From Bacteroidota bacterium (GTDB lineage: Bacteria > Bacteroidota > Ignavibacteria > OLB7), in NCBI GenBank assembly GCA_048498995.1, contig JBEHWX010000005.1, forward strand, positions 12,758 through 76,757: a stretch of 64,000 nucleotides of DNA, written 5' to 3'. Both the position numbers and the translations under genes were made by a program. How positions within the stretch are numbered: the stretch's first letter is position 1; each line of letters starts with the position of its first letter. Shown here piece by piece: positions 41,085-50,000 of this stretch. The notes beneath the pieces are model-generated. The model ran no database searches, was not told where the DNA came from, and was given only the letters and a program-made list of their open reading frames with translations.

Positions 41085-42305
41085 TCACGAGGTCGGGTCA
41101 AGGATCCGCCCGATGAAGAGAATCGCCCCGGAATGCCGCTCCCGGATCGCGCAGATGAAGGGACGGTTGACGACGATCGGCTCCGGGGCGGATGTCTCCA
41201 CCATCCCCACGGAGGTCGCCGCGGCCGCCTCCGTCCCCTCCTCGTTCACCTCCACGAACGTCTTGTGCCGCACCTCGCCGATGAAGAGCGCCCCCTTCGG
41301 GTAGTCCCGGCTCATCCTGGTGAAGTCCGCGTCCGTCGTGAACGCCACCGCCATTCCCATCCCCATCAGCACATCGTTCAGACTCGACTCGTAGGTGAGC
41401 TTGAAGCGGGGCATCGAGATCATCGTCTCGCTCTCGCGGAGGCTCGCCAGCCAGGCGCTCCAGGTGGAGGCATCGAGCCCGGCGATCAGCGCGTCGACAT
41501 CCACGCCCGGCCTCGGCAGAATGATCGTCATGCTGTACTGGCCGTCGCCGTACGGAAGGTCGACGATCTGATATCGGTCCCCCGAGGCCACCGAGAGCTT
41601 CGCGGTCTCCCCCCGCATCATCTTCACCGATGTCACGCTTCCATCCCTCAGTTTGAACTCGCCGTCGGTGGTCAGCTTCGGATCGAAGCGGCGCGACCAG
41701 CTCCCCTTGAAGTAGATCGCGTCGATCAGATACATCACGAGATCTCCCGGAATCTGGTCCGGAACGATCGAGGGGATGCGCCCGCCGGTGGCGTCGGAGA
41801 CCCATCGGTTGATCCGGGGCGAGGCCGCCGGGGATGCCATGTCGAGCGAGGTGACCGGGGCGGAGAAGAAGCGCCCGAGCCGGCCGGCGAAGCCGGTATC
41901 GACGCTCACGCCGCTCCGCGCCCAGACGGAATTGGCGATCCGGACATCGACCTTCGGGTCGATCGAGGTGAGCAGATCGATCAGGGTGCGGTAGGAGCCG
42001 TTGATCTGATCCTCGGTGAGCCCGGCCAGCTCCAGGGCGTGGGCCATCGAATCGCGCGTGGCGCCGTCGGCGCCGTTGAGGGTCATCCCGAGCGCCATCG
42101 AGACGCTCAGCGGGGAGATGAAGAGATTCTTGCCGTTCTCGGCCTCGCCGAGGCGCCGGAACAGACGGAGCCCGAATGCGTTGTCGGAGGTCACGATCGT
42201 CGACTCCTCCTTCGAGAGGGGGCGCGGCGGCACCTTCTCCGGCGCGGTCGACTGACCACAGCCGGCAACGGCGAGGATGGCGAGGAGAATCCACCAGTTC
42301 TTCAT
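41085..42305 (-). CDS. Serpin family lipoprotein (inhibitory-type hinge), 406 aa
   Basis: The ATG at 42305 gives MKNWWILLAILAVAGC (lipobox). Serpin core: NLFISPLSVSMALGMTLNGA. Hinge/RCL: EVNEEGTEAAAATSVGMVETSAP..VNRPFI. Confidence 0.85.
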   Translation of the reverse strand: MKNWWILLAILAVAGCGQSTAPEKVPPRPLSKEESTIVTSDNAFGLRLFRRLGEAENGKNLFISPLSVSMALGMTLNGADGATRDSMAHALELAGLTEDQINGSYRTLIDLLTSIDPKVDVRIANSVWARSGVSVDTGFAGRLGRFFSAPVTSLDMASPAASPRINRWVSDATGGRIPSIVPDQIPGDLVMYLIDAIYFKGSWSRRFDPKLTTDGEFKLRDGSVTSVKMMRGETAKLSVASGDRYQIVDLPYGDGQYSMTIILPRPGVDVDALIAGLDASTWSAWLASLRESETMISMPRFKLTYESSLNDVLMGMGMAVAFTTDADFTRMSRDYPKGALFIGEVRHKTFVEVNEEGTEAAAATSVGMVETSAPEPIVVNRPFICAIRERHSGAILFIGRILDPTS

Positions 42306-42517
42306 GGTTCCGACTCCGGGCTGAATGAGGGACGGAAAGATATCGAGGCATCCTTCGAGAGCTGATGCGAAGAATGCCTGGCGCGGGATGCGCGGTCGAA
42401 GGAAAGCATATCGGAGACACGCTCCGGAATCGGATGTGACAACCGGGTGCCGCCGCCGCGTGCAACAAACCATGGCGCGCGTTGTCTTTCTCGACCGGGA
42501 GGCGGTAACTTGCCCGG

Positions 42518-43324
42518 ATGCGTGATCGATGGCTGTACAGTATCGAGCCGGAGCTTTCCGGCGCGGAGAATATGCGACGCGACGAGGCGATGGCGATCGC
42601 CACGGCGCACGACGGCATCCCCCGGATCCGGCTCTACTCCTGGCGCCCCTGGACCCTCTCGCTCGGCCACAACCAGCCGATCGACGAGGCGGCGATCGCC
42701 CGCGTGGCCGAGCGGGGCTACGAGCTGGTGCGGCGCCCCACCGGGGGGCGGGCCGTGCTCCATGCCGATGAGCTCACCTACGCCGTGACCATGCGCGCCG
42801 ACGGCGCCGGCGTCCACGAAATGTACGCCCGCATCAACGCCGGACTCAAGCTCGGGCTGGAACAGCTCGGCGCGGCCGGCATCGAATTCACCAGAAGCCA
42901 GCCGGATTTCCGCGCGCACTACGCGAAGGAGGATTCGGCCAACTGCTTCAGCGCATCGGCCCTGAGCGAGCTCACCTGGAACGGACGGAAACTGGTCGGC
43001 TCCGCGCAGCGCCGCTACGGACCGATCCTCCTCCAGCACGGCTCCCTCCTGTTCGGCGACGCGCATCTCGAAATCATCGACATCCTCTCGACCGCCGACG
43101 GCGAGCGCAGGAGCGCGCTCCGGTCGCGCCTGGCCGAGCGGACCGCGACACTCCGCCAGATTCTCGACGACCGGCTCCCCTCCTTCGACCGGATCGCCGA
43201 GGAGCTCGCGCGCGGCATCGCCGCGACGTTCGACGGGGACCTCATCCGGGGGGACGGGATCACCCCGCCGCTCGACACTCACGAACCAGAAGGAATCGAC
43301 TCATGGCCGACGTCAAGAGGGTAA
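42518..43324 (+). CDS. Lipoate-protein ligase A/octanoyltransferase family (BPL/LPL catalytic domain) protein
   Basis: VRRPTGGRAVLHADELTYAV and NGRKLVGSAQRR motifs. The 3' end overlaps the panB start by 22 nt. Confidence 0.75.
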   Translation: MRDRWLYSIEPELSGAENMRRDEAMAIATAHDGIPRIRLYSWRPWTLSLGHNQPIDEAAIARVAERGYELVRRPTGGRAVLHADELTYAVTMRADGAGVHEMYARINAGLKLGLEQLGAAGIEFTRSQPDFRAHYAKEDSANCFSASALSELTWNGRKLVGSAQRRYGPILLQHGSLLFGDAHLEIIDILSTADGERRSALRSRLAERTATLRQILDDRLPSFDRIAEELARGIAATFDGDLIRGDGITPPLDTHEPEGIDSWPTSRG

Positions 43325-44109
43325 CCACGCGCACGCTCCAGGAGATGAAGGAGAAGAACGTGCGGATCACCGCGTTGACCGCTTACGATGCCCTCATCGC
43401 CCGGATCTTCGATCAGGCCGGCATCGACCTTCTCCTGGTCGGCGACTCGGTCGCCAACGTCGTGCAGGGGCACGAGACCACCCTTCCGGTGACGCTGGAC
43501 GAGATCATCTATCATACCAAGGCGGTCACGCGCGGCGTGGAGCGGGCGATGGTCATCACCGATCTCCCCTTCATGACCTATCAGGTCAACGCCGACGAGG
43601 CGTTCCGAAATGCCGGACGGGTGATGAAGGAAACGAGCACGAGCGGCGTGAAGCTTGAGGGGGGAGTGGAGCAGGCCGAGGCGGTCAGGAGAATGACCAG
43701 CGCCGGCATTCCGGTGATGGGGCACCTGGGACTGCAGCCGCAGTCGATCCATCGCTACGGCGGCTACCGGCCGCGCGGGTCGACGCCGGAGGAGGCCGAC
43801 AAGATCTTCAACGACGCCATAGCACTCGAGGAGGCCGGCGCGTTTGCCATTGTGCTGGAGAAGATCCCGGCCGACCTTGCATCCCGTATCACCCAGGCGC
43901 TCCGGATTCCGACCGTCGGCATCGGCGCCGGCGCCGGCTGCGACGGCCAGATCCTGGTCTACGCCGATATGCTCGGCCTGACGGTGGACTTCAATCCCCG
44001 CTTCGTCCGTCGCTACGAGTCGTTCGCCGATCGCGCCCGCGACGCGGCCAGACAGTATGCCGACGATGTCCGCGGCGGAGATTTCCCGAACGAGAACGAA
44101 AGCTACTGA
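43303..44109 (+). CDS. panB: 3-methyl-2-oxobutanoate hydroxymethyltransferase
   Basis: ITALTAYDA, LLLVGDSVANVVQGHETTLPVTLDEIIYHTKAV, GVKLEGG, IPVMGHLGLQPQS. Confidence 0.92.
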   Translation: MADVKRVTTRTLQEMKEKNVRITALTAYDALIARIFDQAGIDLLLVGDSVANVVQGHETTLPVTLDEIIYHTKAVTRGVERAMVITDLPFMTYQVNADEAFRNAGRVMKETSTSGVKLEGGVEQAEAVRRMTSAGIPVMGHLGLQPQSIHRYGGYRPRGSTPEEADKIFNDAIALEEAGAFAIVLEKIPADLASRITQALRIPTVGIGAGAGCDGQILVYADMLGLTVDFNPRFVRRYESFADRARDAARQYADDVRGGDFPNENESY

Positions 44110-44144
44110 CCCCGGCCGCGGCCGGGTGTCCGAGACCAGTTGCC

Positions 44145-44570
44145 ATGATGAACAGACGCTCGATGATATCGACCCGACGCGCCCCCTGGGCCCTCCCGGC
44201 CCTCGTGGCCGCCGCGCTCATGACGTTGTCCGGATGCAGCGACGGGGTGGTCACCAACCCGAACGACATCGTGTTCCCCACCTCCGGCGTGAGCTATGCC
44301 CACGACGTGCAGCCGCTGTTCGACCTCTCCTGCGCCCTCAGCGGCTGCCACGACAGCTACACGCGCGCCGGCAGTCTGAGCCTGGAATCCTACTTCGACC
44401 TGTTCGAGCGTCCGGGGCTGGTGGTGCCGGGGGATTCGCTCCGGAGCCTGCTGGTGCAGGTGATCGCCGGGCGCCAGATCCACGCGGCCTACCCGATATC
44501 CCGCCTGGTGACGCCGAACCAGCAGCGTGGCGTCGCCACCTGGGTACAGGAAGGGGCCAGCAACAACTGA
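44145..44570 (+). CDS. Hypothetical lipoprotein, 141 aa
   Basis: Signal plus lipobox ..ALVAAALMTLSGC. Contains VQPLFDLSCALSGCHD, a motif shape seen in PSCyt-like domains but without CxxCH. Confidence 0.6.
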   Translation: MMNRRSMISTRRAPWALPALVAAALMTLSGCSDGVVTNPNDIVFPTSGVSYAHDVQPLFDLSCALSGCHDSYTRAGSLSLESYFDLFERPGLVVPGDSLRSLLVQVIAGRQIHAAYPISRLVTPNQQRGVATWVQEGASNN

Positions 44571-44784
44571 GAAGCTCCCGCTGAACAGCCCCGGCGCCGA
44601 TATCCGCGCCGGATGAGAACGACGACGGCGCGGCTCGATATCCTCGAACCGCGCCGTCGCTGTTATTCGTGTCGTCTCATCCTCTCTCGCCGCCACATCA
44701 CCCCGTCGATCACTTCCCTTCCCGCGGAGGCTCCTTCCCGCGGGCATCGCCGCGCGGAGCCGATCACTTCGAACCCGGGGAGGC

Positions 44785-45810
44785 TCAGGCGGCCGGCGTG
44801 GGAGCGGGAACGAGCTCGAAATCGGCCACGATCTCGCCGACGCGGATGTCGCGGCAGTTGTCCAGCTCCACGCGGCGGAAGCGCGCCAGCTCCTCCAGTT
44901 GCTCGGTCGAGAGGACGCCGAGCTTCTCCAGAATCCGCATCACGATCGGGGCGATCGGGGTGATGTTGCCATCCTCCATCTTCGCCACCACGCCGATCGG
45001 GCCGTGCGCCGGGCTGGTGAGGCCGACGGCGAAGATCGCCATGGCGCCACGCTTGGCGATGCCGTTCCCCCCCATCACGCGGATCAGCTCCGAATCGAAG
45101 CCCCCCTTCTCGTAGATCATCTCGGGGAAGGCCGCCACGGCGGCCAGAAGCCGCTTCGGCGCTTCCTCGCCGGCGTTGGCCCTGGCCACGAAACGGGCCA
45201 GCGCGGTGGAGAGTCCGGAAAGGGGGAGATAGTAGGTCGGCAGCGAGCAGCCATCGGTCGTGTACGGGATCGCGTCGCGCTCCACGCCGCTGTACTCGGC
45301 GATGATGTCGATGATCCACTGCTGGAGCGGATGGGCCGGATCGAGATAGCTCTCGATGGGCCATCCCTTGGCCACGCAGACGGCGAGCATGCCGGCGTGC
45401 TTGCCGGAGCAGTTGTTGTGAAGCTGATTCGGCTTCTCGTGCGCCAGGATCAGCCGCTCGATCTCGGCCTGATCGCTCGGCGCGTGGGAGCCGCAGCGGA
45501 GGTCGTGCTCGCCGAGGCCGATCTTCTCGAGAATGCCGGTGACCGCCTCCAGGTGATACGACGCCGCCGAATGGCTGGCGCAGCAGACGGCGAGCTCATG
45601 CTCGGTGAGCCCGAACCGGTCGGCCGCCCCGCTGACGATCACGGGAATCGCCTGGAGCATCTTGCTGGAGGAGCGGAGATAGGCCCTGTAGTGCGGATCG
45701 TCGAAGGAGTAGAGAAGATTGCCGGCCGCATCGGTCACGGCGATCGCGCCGTGATGCAGGGCGTCGACGCGGCCGCCACGATACGTCACCGCGAGAGGAG
45801 ATCCTTCCAT
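44785..45810 (-). CDS. Asparaginase II family (PF06089-like) protein, 341 aa
   Basis: The ATG at 45810 (MEGSPLAVTYRGGRVDALHHGAIAV) is preferred. RSSSKMLQAIP, CCASHS, NNCSGKHAGML and TDGCSLP are typical of the Rhizobium-type asparaginase family as I recall it. Confidence 0.7.
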   Translation of the reverse strand: MEGSPLAVTYRGGRVDALHHGAIAVTDAAGNLLYSFDDPHYRAYLRSSSKMLQAIPVIVSGAADRFGLTEHELAVCCASHSAASYHLEAVTGILEKIGLGEHDLRCGSHAPSDQAEIERLILAHEKPNQLHNNCSGKHAGMLAVCVAKGWPIESYLDPAHPLQQWIIDIIAEYSGVERDAIPYTTDGCSLPTYYLPLSGLSTALARFVARANAGEEAPKRLLAAVAAFPEMIYEKGGFDSELIRVMGGNGIAKRGAMAIFAVGLTSPAHGPIGVVAKMEDGNITPIAPIVMRILEKLGVLSTEQLEELARFRRVELDNCRDIRVGEIVADFELVPAPTPAA

Positions 45811-45917
45811 GTGCGAAATGCGAATGCGATTGAGAAGATACCCGGAGCCGGTTCCTCCGGGGTCGTGGAGCGGCGGATGCTCCGCCGAATGGCCGCGGGC
45901 GTCCGGAAGCCTCCGGA

Positions 45918-46364
45918 TCAGTCGCCGCTTCCCGGCTCGGGCGTGGCGATCCGGGTGTAGCGCGCCAGCTTGTCGCGAAGGAGGTCGGGAATCGGCACCG
46001 GACGCTTGTCGGCGCGCCCCACCGTCACCTGCCGGCAGTAGCCCTCGGCCAGGACCGTGTCGGTTCCCTGTCTGACGAAGCGGAAGGAGACGGTGAAGGA
46101 GGTACGCCCCCAGTGGCTGATCCAGATGGAGATCTCCATCTGATCGTCCAGCAGCGCGGGAGAAAGGTAGTCGCAGTGATAGGAGGCGCGGATCGGGAAG
46201 CAGTCCAGCGCGGCGAAGGCCACCGAATACGGGAGGTCGATCGAACGGTACATCTCCGTTTCGGCGATCTCGAAGAAACGGATATACGCCCCGTAGTAAA
46301 TGATCTGCGCCGGATCGCAGTCGATCCAGCGCACGCGCTCGGAGATTGTGAACGGCTCGCCCAT
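45918..46364 (-). CDS. Acyl-CoA thioesterase, hotdog fold (4HBT/YbgC-like), 148 aa
   Basis: ATG at 46364. RVRWIDCDPAQIIYYGAYIRFFEIAETEMYRSI.. is a typical 4HBT N-terminus with the catalytic Asp context. Confidence 0.7.
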   Translation of the reverse strand: MGEPFTISERVRWIDCDPAQIIYYGAYIRFFEIAETEMYRSIDLPYSVAFAALDCFPIRASYHCDYLSPALLDDQMEISIWISHWGRTSFTVSFRFVRQGTDTVLAEGYCRQVTVGRADKRPVPIPDLLRDKLARYTRIATPEPGSGD

Positions 46365-46585
46365 CGCCGAACAAACTACGAAGATCGCTCCCGCCGAGCG
46401 CCACCCCCCTTCCCCGCCGGACGTAAATCTTTGTGGTTCGGCCCGAAAACATCCTTTCCCGGCCCCGCTCGTAGCCGCTCGGGAGCGCCGGAAACGACGG
46501 CGGGCTCCCCGGCATCGGGAAGCCCGCGTCAATCTTCGATGTGCATCCGCCGGCGCTGGAGCGCCTCTCGCGCGCGCGATCCGGA

Positions 46586-47683
46586 TCAGCGCGCCTGATA
46601 CTGGTTGATGAAGTGGATGTCACGCACCTCGTCGGAGACCGGGAAGGGATCGAGCTCCTCGTAGTCGGTGGTGAACCGGCGCACCTCGGTTGCTCCCTGC
46701 TGCCAGGCGTAGAGAAGTCCGGTAATCCTGTCGACCCCGATCACCCGATAGTTGCCGGGGTAGAACTCCTCCGGCTGCACGTCGTGATTGGTCAGATCCA
46801 CCCGTAGCACCGACTGCGAACCGGCGAGGTAGAGATAGGAATCGCGCGTCATCTGAACGTAGGTCGGCTCCTGCCCCACGTACTGCTCGAGCGACCCGCT
46901 GTTCAGCTCCTGCGAGCCGGTGACGTCGAGCGTCACGCCGTCCAGGAAGAAGAGAATCGGGCGTGCCCCCGGCGCGCCGGCGGTGAGCACCACCACCTGG
47001 CTGCCGTCGTTGGTCGCCTCGATGTAGAGCACCGGCGAGGGGAAGTTGATCGTCCGCTCGATCCGGAAATCGGTGCTGTTGCTCCGGGTGACGCCGACCG
47101 ACGCGCTGCCGTCGTTGGCGAGCATGCCGACCAGCACGTAGCCTCCACGGCCGGAGGAGTCGACGCCGACGGCGGTCGGCTTGCCGGGCAGGTCGATCTC
47201 GCGGGCCAGCTTGTAGTTGCGGGTGTCGATCTCGTAGAGGATCGGGGCGCCGGAGGCGATGGCCCAGGCCTGCGAGTAGTTGCTGACGGCCATGCCGCAG
47301 AGCCCGTCGGCGCCGGCGTGCAGGCCGATCACCTCGCCGAGCTTCTTCCGGGTCTGCATGTCGAGCACGGTGATCGATCCGTCGGCGCGGTGCTGGAGGT
47401 AGAGCTGATCGCGGAGATAGGAATCGTAGATCGCGTCGATCTCCTTGCCGAGCGGGGCGCCGTTGGCCGCCGCGTAATCACCGGTGGTGACCACTCCCTT
47501 GACCTCGCTGTAGCGGAGGAGCTCGCCGCTTCCCGGCTTGTCAAGCGCCAGCAGGGAGATCTGGGTCCGATCGCCGCTCCCCGGACCGACCACGTCGGGC
47601 CCCTTGCCGGAACAGGCAAACAGTGTGAGCGCTGCCACGCAGCAACCGAGAAGAGCGCGGAGGTTGATGGAGTTCATGGGCAC
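46586..47683 (-). CDS. Hypothetical lipoprotein, probable beta-propeller, 365 aa
   Basis: Signal plus lipobox LLGCCVAALTLFAC. Repeated strand-like segments. I recognise no catalytic motif. Confidence 0.65.
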   Translation of the reverse strand: MPMNSINLRALLGCCVAALTLFACSGKGPDVVGPGSGDRTQISLLALDKPGSGELLRYSEVKGVVTTGDYAAANGAPLGKEIDAIYDSYLRDQLYLQHRADGSITVLDMQTRKKLGEVIGLHAGADGLCGMAVSNYSQAWAIASGAPILYEIDTRNYKLAREIDLPGKPTAVGVDSSGRGGYVLVGMLANDGSASVGVTRSNSTDFRIERTINFPSPVLYIEATNDGSQVVVLTAGAPGARPILFFLDGVTLDVTGSQELNSGSLEQYVGQEPTYVQMTRDSYLYLAGSQSVLRVDLTNHDVQPEEFYPGNYRVIGVDRITGLLYAWQQGATEVRRFTTDYEELDPFPVSDEVRDIHFINQYQAR

Positions 47684-47716
47684 CTGCTAGTTGGGGCGAG
47701 CCCGGGTCGTTGGTTG

Positions 47717-48634
47717 TTATTCGGTCACCGTCTTCCGATTGACGAGCACACGCGTGACCAGCCAAAGCTTGACGGCGATCCAGAGCTTGTGCAACGCGCG
47801 GACCGAGATCTTGCGCGCGAAGACGTTGAACTCGTTCAGCTCGATCTTCTCGAGCATCCGGTAGTAGATGGCGTCCATGATCTCGGCGGCGAACATCGTC
47901 TTCCGCTCATCCGGACGGAGCGCGGCGCGGGCGCGGCCGTAGTATTCGCGGGCGCGGCGGGTCTCGAAGCGCATCAGCTCCACGAACGGCAGGCTGTAGC
48001 GCCCTTCCAGCAGATCCTGCTCGCTGTAGCCGAAGGCGCGCAGATCCTCGAGCGGCAGGTAGATCCTTCCCCGCTGCGCGTCCGACTTGATATCCCGGAG
48101 GATGTTGGTCAGCTGCAGCGCGATGCCGAGATCGACCGCGTACTCCTTGGTCTCCTCGTACTTGTAGCCGAAGATCTCGATGCAGATCAGACCGACCACG
48201 GAGGCGACGCTGTAGCAGTATTCCCTGAGCTCCTCGAAGGTCTCGTAGCGATCCTTCACCAGGTCCATCTCCATCCCGTCGAGCAGGGTCATGAAGTACT
48301 GCTTCGGGATGCGGAAGCGCTTCACCACGGCCGAGAGTGGAAGAAGAATCGGATGGCGCGTCTCGCCGCGGTAGCACTTCTCCACCTCGCTCCGGAGCCA
48401 GTTGAGCCGCTCCCGCTTGCGCGCGGTCTTCAGCTCCGGGGCGGAGTCGTGCGCCGAGGGCTCCACGTCGTCCATGTCCACGATGTCGTCGGCATAGCGA
48501 CAGAACGCGTAGACCGAATGCATCGCATTCCGCTCGTCGCGCGGAAGCAGCGAGAACGAGTAATAGAAGCTCGTCTTCGCCGGCTGCACCAGCAGCGCTG
48601 CATCCTCTCTATCGTTCAACAGCAGATTCGGCAT
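47717..48634 (-). CDS. hpnD: Squalene/phytoene synthase family protein, HpnD-like (presqualene diphosphate synthase)
   Basis: TSFYYSFSLLPRDERNAMHSVYAFCRYADDIVD (first Asp-rich motif), NILRDIKSDAQRGRIYLPLEDL. Confidence 0.7.
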   Translation of the reverse strand: MPNLLLNDREDAALLVQPAKTSFYYSFSLLPRDERNAMHSVYAFCRYADDIVDMDDVEPSAHDSAPELKTARKRERLNWLRSEVEKCYRGETRHPILLPLSAVVKRFRIPKQYFMTLLDGMEMDLVKDRYETFEELREYCYSVASVVGLICIEIFGYKYEETKEYAVDLGIALQLTNILRDIKSDAQRGRIYLPLEDLRAFGYSEQDLLEGRYSLPFVELMRFETRRAREYYGRARAALRPDERKTMFAAEIMDAIYYRMLEKIELNEFNVFARKISVRALHKLWIAVKLWLVTRVLVNRKTVTE

Positions 48635-48825
48635 CGGGCTACGTTCCTCAACGGACGTCAGATATACACAAAAATCAAGCTACAAGGCAAGTTATCGTCA
48701 TGGGTCCTTCCAAAGCCCCCGTCATCGCACGCGCTCCCCTTCCGGGCCGGCGGGAGCGGGCCGTCGCCTCATGCACTCGGCTATCGCCTCATGCACTCTG
48801 CCGTCGCTCACGAAGGCCGCCGTCG

Positions 48826-49737
48826 CTACAGGTGGCGGATCATCGACGCGGCCAGGCGCACCTTGTCGATGACGCCGAGGGAAGGACGGCGGTGGAGGAT
48901 GTCGTAGTCTAACCGCCGGATCTTCTCCAGGATCCGCATCCCGCCGAGCCAGGTCAGCGTCAGCTCCCCCCGCAGCCGCCGGTCCGGGATCTTCCCGAGC
49001 AGCGGATATCCCTGGCGGAGCTGCGCGGCGGCATACTCCACGTGGTGCACCATCATGGCGCGGAAGCGATCGTTGAACGCGCGTGCCCTGAGCTCGTCCG
49101 GAGCGTAGCCGAACGCGCGGAAGCTCTCGCGCGGGAGGTTCACGCGGCCGCGCGGCAGATCGACCGAGATATCCTGCCAGAAGTTCGCCAGCTGCAGGCC
49201 GGTGCAGATCCGGTCGGAGAGAATACGCCGCTCCTCGTCACGCAGGCCATACAGATGCAGCACGAGCCGGCCGATCGGGTTGGCCGAATGATGACAGTAG
49301 AAGAGGAGATCGGTGAGGGTCTCGAAGCCCTGGTTCCTCGCGTCCATCCGAAAGGCCTTGAGCAGATCGCGCAGCGGCTCGATCGGGATCTCCCGCTCGG
49401 CCACGGTGGCGGCCAGGGCGATGAAGATCGGATGCTCCCCACGTCCCTCGAAGGCGTCGGCGAGCTGCCGCTCCCAGTCGTCGAGCATGGCGATCCGCTC
49501 GGCGACGGGACGCTCCCCCTCGTCGGCGATATCGTCGGCGACGCGGCTGTAGGCGTAGATGCTGTAGAAGTGCTTCCGGAGGTCGCGCGGAATCAGGAGC
49601 GATCCGACCGGAAAGTTCTCGTAATGGCTGCGCGCGAGGCGCTCGCAGTAGGCGAATGCCTCGGCCGTCGTGTACGTGCGATCGGAATCGACCGCGAGGG
49701 TGAGCGCCGGACTGGCCATGGTTGACAGAGGGATCAT
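48826..49737 (-). CDS. hpnC: Squalene synthase HpnC-like (hydroxysqualene synthase)
   Basis: ARSHYENFPVGSLLIP..YAYSRVADDIADE, QLANFWQDISVDLPRGRVNLP. The start is ATG 49737 or 49719 and is ambiguous; the track start at 49926 is unlikely. Confidence 0.7.
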   Translation of the reverse strand: MIPLSTMASPALTLAVDSDRTYTTAEAFAYCERLARSHYENFPVGSLLIPRDLRKHFYSIYAYSRVADDIADEGERPVAERIAMLDDWERQLADAFEGRGEHPIFIALAATVAEREIPIEPLRDLLKAFRMDARNQGFETLTDLLFYCHHSANPIGRLVLHLYGLRDEERRILSDRICTGLQLANFWQDISVDLPRGRVNLPRESFRAFGYAPDELRARAFNDRFRAMMVHHVEYAAAQLRQGYPLLGKIPDRRLRGELTLTWLGGMRILEKIRRLDYDILHRRPSLGVIDKVRLAASMIRHL

Positions 49738-50000
49738 GCGACCGGCGGCGGATTTCGCCCGGAGCCGGCCCTCCGCCGAATGCGCCGGCACGAACCGCGG
49801 CGCCCGATGCGGAACGGTCCAATATACTGCCCCCCGGCCGGCGGATCTCCACGATCCCGTATCTTCGCGGTCCGCTCCGGCCGAGCGCCCCCCTGCTCCG
49901 CGGGGACACACGCTCGGACAGGCCATCGGAGATGCCGTCTGACGCGCCTCCGGAGCGCTCCCCGATTCCCTTCACGCCAGAGATCCTGTCGACGCACGCT

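Noticed and set aside
41079-42618. 428-aa plus-strand and 506-aa minus-strand alternate-frame ORFs over the serpin gene
   Set aside because: Compositional artefacts; the serpin frame has a lipobox, serpin core and RCL hinge.
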